DNA of 64,000 nucleotides from Polyangiales bacterium (lineage in GTDB: Bacteria; Myxococcota_A; Polyangia; Polyangiales; Polyangiaceae): positions 130,504 through 194,503 of the forward strand of contig JBBRLQ010000018.1 of the NCBI GenBank assembly GCA_038231275.1. The letters are read 5' to 3'. Within the stretch, counting starts at the first letter, position 1. Each line of letters begins with the position of its first letter. Both the position numbers and the translations under genes were made by a program. Shown here piece after piece: positions 38,201-45,179 of the stretch. The notes beneath the pieces are model-generated. The model searched no databases. It saw only the letters and a program-made list of their open reading frames with translations, and was not told where the DNA came from.

Positions 38201-38313
38201 TGGGCAAGCTCGAGATCGTCGAGCACGACGGCCACGGCGGCCTCCGGTTCGAAGAGCGCCCGTTCGTCGTGATGGTCGACCAGGCGTTCGTGGACCTCGG
38301 CGTCGTCGAGTGA
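35296..38313 (+). CDS. VIT + vWA + TPR + DUF2135/YfaP-like lipoprotein
   Basis: Lipobox FGGC. VIT-like LEGTFRITLPE...DPALLEQ..GN.FSARVFPIP. MIDAS DTSAS and TDG. C-terminal LRFVLNWETDANDVDFH...DVTTGYGPE. Confidence 0.8.
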   Translation: MRSLHFSRIPTVCVLAIAASAFGGCAHQGGPRTAWQMPAEEWPAVATTSAAIATSPVSLTASDGTGLRLVSLEARASVDDPLAFTELALTFENPNDRVLEGTFRITLPEKASVSRFAMKIGDEWQEGEVVELQAARRAYEDFLHRKQDPALLEQAAGNEFSARVFPIPARGKKEIILSYAQELPEGRYTLPLKGLPEVASLKVSVATTDKSAPAPLKLAHAAPSSDYSVQITRAQSAPSIRAGSLVAAAVRSHLATSADPVHSAIVLVDTSASRALGFDGELATLQQVVRGWATRHVPVTVAAFDQSVSVAFEGDAASMRPADLAKLHDHGALGASDLEGALKFAGARAAKTHATRVVIVTDGVATLGATEPAKLKEAAAALRSAGVERVDAIAVGGIRDQAALAQIVHAGLAHDGIVADGSSDAADVARRLDLATRSGLNVVVEGATWSWPKKLDGVQEGDVTLVYAEVPEGKPVRVKVGDAGAVSLDPRPSDRPLIERAVAQARIASLFERKANDPKSARALDRDIVALSVKNRVLSPLTGMLVLETEQDYARFGIDRRALADILVLRDGHVLRSQRAFHAFSPQIAQSPPVLDERQNREDRDQGPPPADAPGASAGGAPQPSSPSSAPMSPVAKSSASASAPPGAAAPDMRPAPAPPAPPPSQTSTSTPPPAPVIMAESPRESMPSGAPVAAEPPPRVHPYTGRFATVMAMLARGDVRGAMGRAKEWRHDDPADVLALLALGEVYEKAEQPAEAARAYGSIVDLFANRADLRRLAGERLERLANGAGLDVAIDTFTKAVEMRPDHPSSHRLLAYALVKRGAYARAFEAVKKGAMQEYPSGRFLGVDRILREDLGLVAAAWIKAEPAKKGEILSKLRAAGGTLEDAPSLRFVLNWETDANDVDFHIHDGEGGHAFYGAKQLPSGGELYADVTTGYGPECFAIRGKKRATPYTLEAHYYSRGPMGYGMGKLEIVEHDGHGGLRFEERPFVVMVDQAFVDLGVVE

Positions 38314-38348
38314 GCGTCGTCGCGTGAAGTGACCGTTTGCGCGCGACG

Positions 38349-38978
38349 TCAGCTGGCGTCGAGCGCCGCGCGAATGGCGTCGCGGAGCTCGGCGCTCTCG
38401 GGCGTGACCTTGCTCGAAAAGCCGCGAATTACCGCGCCGCCCTTGCCAACGACGTATTTGTGGAAGTTCCACTTCGGCGGCCCGCCGCCTCCGCTCGTGA
38501 GAATCGTGTAGAGCGGCGCCGCGTCATTGCCGTTCGTCTTCACCTTCTCGAAGAGCGGGAAGGTCACGTGGTAGGTGCTCGCGGCGAACGCGGCGATCTG
38601 CTCGGGCGTCCCCGGCTCCTGCTCGCCGAACTCGTTCGACGGAAATCCGAGGACGACGAAGCCCTTCGGCGACATCTCCTCATAGAGCGTCTCGAGCCCG
38701 GCGTACTGCGGCGTGAACCCGCACTCCGACGCGACGTTGACGACGAGCGCGACCTTCCCCTTGTACGCAGACAGCGGCGCGGGTTTTCCGTCGAGCGTCT
38801 TCACGTTCAGGTCGTAGATCGACGCCGCCGTGAGCGAGGGCGCGGAAGCGTTCACAGTTCCGGCCGTGCTCTCGGCCTTCGCGTCCGTCTTCGGCGACTT
38901 GCAGCCGCTCTCCTGCGCGGCGAGCGCGGCGAAGAGGACGAGACCAAACGCGGTGGAGGCGATCCGGCAGCTTTCCAT
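38349..38978 (-). CDS. Glutathione peroxidase (Cys-type) with N-terminal signal-like extension
   Basis: VNVASECGFTPQY, LGFPSNEFGEQEPG, PKWNFHKY. GAGGAG SD. Confidence 0.93.
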   Translation of the reverse strand: MESCRIASTAFGLVLFAALAAQESGCKSPKTDAKAESTAGTVNASAPSLTAASIYDLNVKTLDGKPAPLSAYKGKVALVVNVASECGFTPQYAGLETLYEEMSPKGFVVLGFPSNEFGEQEPGTPEQIAAFAASTYHVTFPLFEKVKTNGNDAAPLYTILTSGGGGPPKWNFHKYVVGKGGAVIRGFSSKVTPESAELRDAIRAALDAS

Positions 38979-39056
38979 GGCTTGGTCTCCTCTCGACACC
39001 TTAGGACGTCATGGGCGTCGCGGCGAGGGGCGCGGCGAAGTATGGTGCGCGGCGTC

Positions 39057-39533
39057 ATGGCCACCATCTTCACCAAGGGCGATCTCTTCGACACCGACGG
39101 CATCAAGGCGTACGCCTTCGGCACCAACGCGGAAGGGACCATGGACACCGGCATCGCCGTCGCCGTCCGGAAGCGCTTCCCCAAAGTGGCCGAGCTCCTG
39201 AAGGAGCGCGCGTCCAATCGGCACCTGAACCTCGGCGACGTGGTCGTCCACACCGAGAACGACGAGACGATCTACGCGCTCGTCCTCCAGGAGGCCGAGA
39301 CGAAGAAGGCGAAGCTCTCCTCGCTCACCAAGGCGGTCGGCGCGGTGGTGGAGCTCGCCACCAAGGCGGGGCTCGAGCGCGTCGGCATGGCGCATCCTGG
39401 GACCGGCCGCGCCGCGCTGGAGTGGCCGCGCGTGAAGGCCATCCTCACGGAGATCGGCGACGAGACGACCCTCGCGCTCGTCGTCTTCGAGTCGTTCATC
39501 CGCAACAAGCCCGTCGACACGCCGGTCGAATAA
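39057..39533 (+). CDS. Stand-alone macrodomain protein (Poa1p/TARG1/DarG-like, degenerate)
   Basis: KGDLF, N..G.MDTGIA..VRKRFP, LG, YALVLQ, PGTG...LEW..VK.IL. Confidence 0.7.
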   Translation: MATIFTKGDLFDTDGIKAYAFGTNAEGTMDTGIAVAVRKRFPKVAELLKERASNRHLNLGDVVVHTENDETIYALVLQEAETKKAKLSSLTKAVGAVVELATKAGLERVGMAHPGTGRAALEWPRVKAILTEIGDETTLALVVFESFIRNKPVDTPVE

Positions 39534-39576
39534 TCCTCGCCCCCGCCGCGCGGTGCGTAGCATCCAACGCACCGCC

Positions 39577-40590
39577 ATGCGCCAAGTCTGGATCACCAAA
39601 GCCGGTCCCCCCGAAGTCCTGAAGGTCCAGGACGCCCCCGATCCCGACTCCGCCGACGGCCAAGTGCGCATTCGCGTGCAGGCGGCCGGCATCAACTTCG
39701 CCGATCTGATGGCGCGCGTCGGCCTCTATCCCGACGCGCCGAAGGTCCCGTGCGTCGTCGGCTACGAGGTGAGCGGCACCATCGATCAGATCGGCAAGGG
39801 CGTCACCGGCTTCGCCATGGGCGACCGCGTCTTCGGCATGCCCAGGTTCGGCGGCTACACCGACACGCTCGTCATCTCCGCCGAGCAGGTCTTCAAGATG
39901 CCCGACGCGATGACCTTCGAAGAGGCCGCCGCGCTGCCCGTCAATTACATCACCGCCTACTACATGATGCTGTTCACCGGGAACCTGCGTGAGGGCTCCC
40001 ACGTCTTCATCCACTCCGCGGCCGGCGGCGTAGGCCTCGCGGCGATCCAGCTCGCGAAGACGAAGAACTGCGTCATCTACGGCACCGCCTCGCCCAAAAA
40101 GCACGACTTCCTGCGCGCGCAGGGCTGCCAGCACCCGCTCGACTCGGGCGCCGAGTACGCCGAGGCGACGCGCGCGCTTGTGAAGGATCGCGGGCTCGAT
40201 CTCATCCTCGATCCGGTCGGCGGCGCGTCGTGGAAGCAGGGCTACGATCTCCTCAGCCCCGCGGGGCGCATCGTCTGCTTCGGCCTCTCGTCCGCGGCGT
40301 CCGGCAAGACGCGCAGCCTCTTTCACGCGCTCATGCAGGTGATGCAGGTCAAGAAGTACAGCCCGATGGATCTGATGACCGACAACAAGACCGTCAGCGG
40401 CTGCAACATGGGGAACCTGTTCGGGAGACTGGATCTGCTGCGGCCCCAGTTCGAGGATCTCCTGGCGCTCTACCAGGCGGGCAAAATAAAGCCGCACGTC
40501 GACAAGACGTTCAGCTTCGACGAGGCGCCCCAGGCGCACCATTTCCTCCACGATCGCAAGGCGGTCGGCAAAGTGCTCCTCGTGCCATAG
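39577..40590 (+). CDS. VAT-1-like medium-chain dehydrogenase/reductase (quinone oxidoreductase type)
   Basis: GINFADLMARVGLYP, VGYEVSG, AALPVNYITAY, HSAAGGVGLAAIQL, GKVLL. Confidence 0.9.
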   Translation: MRQVWITKAGPPEVLKVQDAPDPDSADGQVRIRVQAAGINFADLMARVGLYPDAPKVPCVVGYEVSGTIDQIGKGVTGFAMGDRVFGMPRFGGYTDTLVISAEQVFKMPDAMTFEEAAALPVNYITAYYMMLFTGNLREGSHVFIHSAAGGVGLAAIQLAKTKNCVIYGTASPKKHDFLRAQGCQHPLDSGAEYAEATRALVKDRGLDLILDPVGGASWKQGYDLLSPAGRIVCFGLSSAASGKTRSLFHALMQVMQVKKYSPMDLMTDNKTVSGCNMGNLFGRLDLLRPQFEDLLALYQAGKIKPHVDKTFSFDEAPQAHHFLHDRKAVGKVLLVP

Positions 40591-40599
40591 CCTCGGGGC

Positions 40600-41910
40600 A
40601 TGGCATCTCCCGACGCCTCGAGCTGGAAGGGCGCGGCCGTCTCGGCCGACGATGCGCTCTCGTACATCGCGAGCGGGATGAAGATCTTCATCCACGGCGC
40701 CGCCGCGACGCCTACGCCGCTCCTCGACGCGCTGTGCGCGCGCAAGCACATCGAGGACGTCACCGTGTACCACCTGCACACCGAGGGGGCGGCGCGCTTC
40801 GCGGAGCCCGAGCAGGCCGGACGGATTTTCTCGGTGTCGCTCTTCACCGGTCCGGCGCTGCGGACGCCGGTCGCAGAGGGGCGCGCCGACTTCATGCCGG
40901 TCTTCCTTTCCGACATCCCCGATCTGTTCCGCAAGGGGCGGGTCCCGCTCGACGTCGCGCTCGTGCAGTGCTCGCCGCCCGATCGCCACGGGGACTGCAC
41001 GCTCGGCACCAGCGTCGACGCGGCGCGCGCAGCGGTCGACTCGGCGCGCTTCGTCATCGCGGAGATCAACGAGCGGATGCCGCGCACGCACGGCAACTCG
41101 ACCCTGCGGCTCGATCGCATCAAGGCGTTCGTGCACACCGATCGCCCGCTGCCCGAGGCGCCACCGCCGAAGGAGACCCACGTGGAGGCGCGCATCGGCG
41201 AGCTCATCGCCGATTTGGTCGAGGACGGCTCCACGCTGCAGCTGGGCATCGGCGGCATTCCCAACGCCGTGCTGTCGCGCCTCGGGGCCAAGCACGATCT
41301 CGGCGTGCACACGGAGATGTTTTCGGACGGCCTCGTGGCCCTCGCCGAGGCCGGCGTCATCACCAACCGCAAGAAGAAGGTCCACCCCGGGCGCATCGTC
41401 ACGAGCTTCGTGAACGGCACGAGGCGCGTGTACGACTTCGTCGACGACAACTCCACCGTCGAATTCCACGGCTGCGACCGCACCAACGACATCTCGATCA
41501 TCCGCAAGAACGATCGCGTCGTCGCGATCAACTCGGCGCTCGAGATCGATCTGACCGGGCAGGTGTGCGCCGACTCGATCGGTCACCGGATCTTCTCGGG
41601 CATCGGCGGGCAGATGGATTTCATCCACGCCGCCGCGTACTCCGAGGGGGGCAAGCCGATCATCGCGTTCTCGTCGACCGCGGCGAAGGGCACCGTCTCG
41701 CGCATCGCGAGCGCGCTCAACGTCGGGGCGGGCGTGGTCACGACGCGAGGCCACGTGCACTGGGTGGTGACCGAGCACGGCGCGGTGAATCTGCACGGGA
41801 TGACGCTGCGCGAGCGCGGCGAGGCGCTCATCTCGATCGCCCACCCGGATTTTCGCGCGCAGCTGCGCGGAGAGCTCGCGGGGCTTCGGCACTTCGTCCC
41901 GCGCGAGTGA
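40600..41910 (+). CDS. Acetyl-CoA hydrolase / 4-hydroxybutyrate CoA-transferase family
   Basis: DGSTLQLGIGGIPNAV, DLGVHTEM, INSALEIDLTGQV, SGIGGQMDF, VVTEHG. Confidence 0.93.
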   Translation: MASPDASSWKGAAVSADDALSYIASGMKIFIHGAAATPTPLLDALCARKHIEDVTVYHLHTEGAARFAEPEQAGRIFSVSLFTGPALRTPVAEGRADFMPVFLSDIPDLFRKGRVPLDVALVQCSPPDRHGDCTLGTSVDAARAAVDSARFVIAEINERMPRTHGNSTLRLDRIKAFVHTDRPLPEAPPPKETHVEARIGELIADLVEDGSTLQLGIGGIPNAVLSRLGAKHDLGVHTEMFSDGLVALAEAGVITNRKKKVHPGRIVTSFVNGTRRVYDFVDDNSTVEFHGCDRTNDISIIRKNDRVVAINSALEIDLTGQVCADSIGHRIFSGIGGQMDFIHAAAYSEGGKPIIAFSSTAAKGTVSRIASALNVGAGVVTTRGHVHWVVTEHGAVNLHGMTLRERGEALISIAHPDFRAQLRGELAGLRHFVPRE

Positions 41911-41935
41911 CCGGCGCGGCCCTCGCCCGAGGCGC

Positions 41936-42655
41936 CTACTTCTTCTTGGGCTTCGCGGGTGGCGGCGTCGTGGGGTGAGACGTCGGAGCCGCGCTCGCGT
42001 GGGCGACGGTCGCCGGCGGCGCCGAGGATGCAGCCGGCGGCGCGATGCCGGTCACGGTCGCGTTGCCGGTCTTCGACACGGTGCCGGATACCTTCGCGTC
42101 GCCGCGCACGTCGACGGTGGCGTTGACGCTCGCGACGATCGCCGTCTCGCCCGCGAGGCTCCCGCCTGTAATCGTCACGTGCGCGTTGCCGCTCGCCTGA
42201 ACGCCGATGGGAGCGCGCAGCGTGCAGCCGGTGCACGTCACCTGGCAGTTGCCGCTCGCGTTGATCGCAGGGCCGGCCGTGAACGTCGCGGTGACGCCGC
42301 TCAAGGTGACCTGATCGTTCGCGTCGCAGACGAACGGCTTGGCGCCCGACCACGCGTCGTCGCCGTCATCGTCCACGTCGGTGAGGCCAGCGATCTGCTT
42401 GCCGGTCATACGGTGGTAGAGCCACCCGCCGGCGCTGAGGAGCGCGACGATCGCGATCGCGGCGAGGCGGATCGTCCAGTACATCGAGTAGCCGCTCGAG
42501 TAGCCCGAGTGGTAGACGACGACGTGGCCGCCGCCCCCGCTGCTGGCGCCGCTGCCGACGTCGAACGAGCGCTTGCAGAATCCACACAAAAAGGGCGACA
42601 CGCCGGGCGGGATTTGCGCCTGCATCCCGCAGTGCGGGCAGTTCATGACGATCAT
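41936..42655 (-). CDS. Zinc-ribbon, single-TM protein with extracellular beta-repeat region
   Basis: CPHCG...CGFC, TM segment IRLAAIAIVALLSAGGWLY, repeated ASGN.xVT motifs. Start 42655 or 42646. Confidence 0.7.
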   Translation of the reverse strand: MIVMNCPHCGMQAQIPPGVSPFLCGFCKRSFDVGSGASSGGGGHVVVYHSGYSSGYSMYWTIRLAAIAIVALLSAGGWLYHRMTGKQIAGLTDVDDDGDDAWSGAKPFVCDANDQVTLSGVTATFTAGPAINASGNCQVTCTGCTLRAPIGVQASGNAHVTITGGSLAGETAIVASVNATVDVRGDAKVSGTVSKTGNATVTGIAPPAASSAPPATVAHASAAPTSHPTTPPPAKPKKK

Positions 42656-42721
42656 CTCCAAAGAGGATACGTCGCGCCCGCCTGAAGTTGGGCGGCCCGC
42701 GCGGCAGACGGGTTGCGCCAC

Positions 42722-42739
42722 TGCGGAGTCGACTCCGCA
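42722..42739. promoter_or_regulatory. Perfect 18-bp palindrome, candidate regulator binding site
   Basis: TGCGGAGTCGACTCCGCA in a divergent intergenic region. Confidence 0.6.
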
Positions 42740-42813
42740 CCCGGCTGTCACGCGTGTCCGGCGATGGCACAGGTCGCCCACGTTCGACGCTTGTTTTTCC
42801 CTGGTTTCGTGGT

Positions 42814-42829
42814 TGGCACCGTCGTCGCA
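42814..42829 (+). promoter_or_regulatory. Sigma54 (-24/-12) promoter candidate
   Basis: TGGCACCGTCGTCGCA (GG-N10-GC), about 25 nt before the ATG at 42854. Confidence 0.7.
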
Positions 42830-42853
42830 ATGAGGGGAGTCGGAGGTCACGTC

Positions 42854-43540
42854 ATGAAGGCCCTTGCGACCGCTGCGGTGATTCTTGCGTCGACGCTGGG
42901 TGTTGCCCTCGTGGCCTGCGGAGGCCACGCGTCGATCGACGACCTCGGGTCCGGCGACGGTGGAGGCGGGGGAGGCGACGGAGGGGGCGGCGGCGATGGC
43001 GGAGGAGGAGGGGACGGCGGCGGTGGAGGCCTGTCCTGCCCTTCGTCGATCCCGAGCCAGGGCGCGTCGTGCCGCTCGATCGAGCTCCAATGCGAATACG
43101 GCGCCGAGCCGAACATGCAGTGCAACACCGTCGCGCGGTGCACGCTGAGCGGCTGGCAGCTGACGTTCCCGGAGAAGGCCCCGTATTGCCCGTCGCCGGG
43201 CATCCAGAAGGGCTGCCCCGAGGCATTCGGAGGCGTGCCGCAGGGACAAGCCTGCTCGCCCAACCCCCTCGAGTGCGACTACCCGGAGGGGCGCTGCGCC
43301 TGCTCGTTCACCTTCGGCGGGCCCGTCCCCGCGGACGGGGGAGGCAGCCGCTGGGCCTGCGAAGCGCCTGCCGCCGGCTGCCCGCGCCCTCGCCCGCGTG
43401 TCGGCTCGGCCTGCGCGCTGCCAAAGACGCTCTCGTGCGACTACGGCACGTGCAGCCTGCCCGGCGGAGTCTCGATGCAATGCCAGGGAGGCGTCTGGGT
43501 CGAGGAGATGCTCGCCTGCGCCGCCGCGGGGGCGAAATAG
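42854..43540 (+). CDS. Cys-rich repeat lipoprotein
   Basis: GGAGG SD, lipobox LVAC, poly-Gly linker, three CP...P..G..C......C.Y...C.C modules. Confidence 0.8.
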   Translation: MKALATAAVILASTLGVALVACGGHASIDDLGSGDGGGGGGDGGGGGDGGGGGDGGGGGLSCPSSIPSQGASCRSIELQCEYGAEPNMQCNTVARCTLSGWQLTFPEKAPYCPSPGIQKGCPEAFGGVPQGQACSPNPLECDYPEGRCACSFTFGGPVPADGGGSRWACEAPAAGCPRPRPRVGSACALPKTLSCDYGTCSLPGGVSMQCQGGVWVEEMLACAAAGAK

Positions 43541-43615
43541 CGAATATCGTCCGCTTAATCGGCGGATTGACTTGACCGGGCGCCGGGTCCGGGGAAATAC
43601 CCTTTCCTTCCGCCC

Positions 43616-45172
43616 GTGACCAACGCCCCCCGTCTGCCCAGCGAGGCGCCGCCACCCGACGCGCCGCCCGAGTCGCCGCGCCCGCTCCCGCGGGTATTCG
43701 GGCGCTACCGGCTGTTCGACTACATCGGCAAGGGCGGCATGGCGGAGATTTACCTCGCGCGCGCAGAGACCGCGCTCGGGGCGGCGCGGCTGTGCGTCGT
43801 CAAACAGATCATCCCGCAGTTCGCCGAGCATCCCGAGTTCGCCGAGATGCTCACGCACGAGGCGAAGCTCGCGGCGCGCCTGTCGCACGCGAACATCGTC
43901 CAGGTCTTCGATCTGGGGCGCGAGCAGGGGCACCTCTTCATCGCGATGGAATACGTCGAGGGGATGGACCTCAACGCGCTCCTCCGGCGCTGCTCGCAGA
44001 CGAAGACCCCCCTCCCCATCGGCTACGCGCTGCGCATCCTGAGCGACACGCTGAAGGGCCTCGACTACGCGCACCGCGCGAAGGACGACGCCGGCAAGCC
44101 GCTCGGGATCGTCCACCGCGACGTGTCGCCGTCCAACGTGCTCATCTCGCTCGAGGGCGAGGTGAAGCTCTGCGACTTCGGCATCGCGCACGCGAACGAT
44201 CTCGTCGAGAGCAAGGCGCCGCAGGTCGACGAGGCCATCAAGGGCAAGGCCGGCTACATGAGCCCCGAGCACGCGAAGGGCGAGGCGCTCGACGCGCGCG
44301 CCGACGTGTTCGCCGCGGGCATCCTCTTGTGGGAGCTGCTCGCGGGGCGGAGGCTCTACCGCATGGAGGCAGGGAGGCCGGCGCTGCTCGAGCAAGCGCG
44401 GCGGGCCGACGTGCCGGCGTTGCCCGACAAGGGGCTGCCCAAGGAGGCGGAGCTCCAGGCGATCGTGAAGAAGGCGCTGTCGGTGCGGCGTGAGGATCGC
44501 TACGTGTCGGCCGGCGCGATGGTGCGGGATCTCGAGGCGTACATCGCGTCGGCGAAGCTCGCGTCGAGCCCGCTGAAGCTCGGCGAGTGGATCGCGGATC
44601 GCTTCGGAACCGCGACCATCACCCAGCGCCGCGCGCGCGAGCGGCTCGTGAGCGATCATCCACCCGCGGGGCCCGACGCGGAGGAGGCGCCGCCGTCGTC
44701 GATCCCGCAGCCGCCGGTCACGCCGAGCCTCCGCGCACTCCAGGAGGCGCTGCTCACCGAGCCGCGCGTGACGCCGGTGCCGCCCGCGCCGCAGTCGTTT
44801 CCGCCGTTTCCATCGTCGCCCTCGTCGCCGTCCGCGCCGGCTGCCGCGCCGTCGGCGTCGGGTCCGTACCACCCTCCGCCGGCGCCGCCGTCGGCGTCGG
44901 GTCCGTACCACCCTCCGCCGGCGCCGCCGTCGGCGTCGGGCAATTTCTATCCGCCGCCTTCGCCGCTCGAGTATCCGCCGCTGCCGCCCATTCCACAGCC
45001 GCCCATCTCGGTCGCGCTCGGCACGGTCGACCTCGGGCCGCCGTCGAGCACGGTATTGAGCGGTCGTGCGCGGCCGTCGCGTGCAAAATACATCTATCCG
45101 GTGCTCTTTTTCCTGTTCGTCACGCTCGCCATCGGCGCGCTTGTCGCGGCACGCTTCGTCATGCAACGCTGA
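43616..45172 (+). CDS. Ser/Thr kinase with Pro-rich linker and C-terminal TM
   Basis: GKGGMAEIY, VVK, HRDVSPSN, DFGIA, GKAGYMSPE. C-terminal TM segment. Confidence 0.93.
   Translation: MTNAPRLPSEAPPPDAPPESPRPLPRVFGRYRLFDYIGKGGMAEIYLARAETALGAARLCVVKQIIPQFAEHPEFAEMLTHEAKLAARLSHANIVQVFDLGREQGHLFIAMEYVEGMDLNALLRRCSQTKTPLPIGYALRILSDTLKGLDYAHRAKDDAGKPLGIVHRDVSPSNVLISLEGEVKLCDFGIAHANDLVESKAPQVDEAIKGKAGYMSPEHAKGEALDARADVFAAGILLWELLAGRRLYRMEAGRPALLEQARRADVPALPDKGLPKEAELQAIVKKALSVRREDRYVSAGAMVRDLEAYIASAKLASSPLKLGEWIADRFGTATITQRRARERLVSDHPPAGPDAEEAPPSSIPQPPVTPSLRALQEALLTEPRVTPVPPAPQSFPPFPSSPSSPSAPAAAPSASGPYHPPPAPPSASGPYHPPPAPPSASGNFYPPPSPLEYPPLPPIPQPPISVALGTVDLGPPSSTVLSGRARPSRAKYIYPVLFFLFVTLAIGALVAARFVMQR
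44848..44940. repeat. 39-bp in-frame tandem repeat (2 exact copies plus a partial) encoding PSASGPYHPPPAP
   Basis: gccgtcggcgtcgggtccgtaccaccctccgccggcgcc x2, then gccgtcggcgtcggg. Confidence 0.9.
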
Positions 45173-45179
45173 CGGGGCC

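Noticed and set aside
38349..38999. Possible selenocysteine in the glutathione peroxidase
   Set aside because: The active-site codon is TGC (ASECG) and there is no in-frame TGA.
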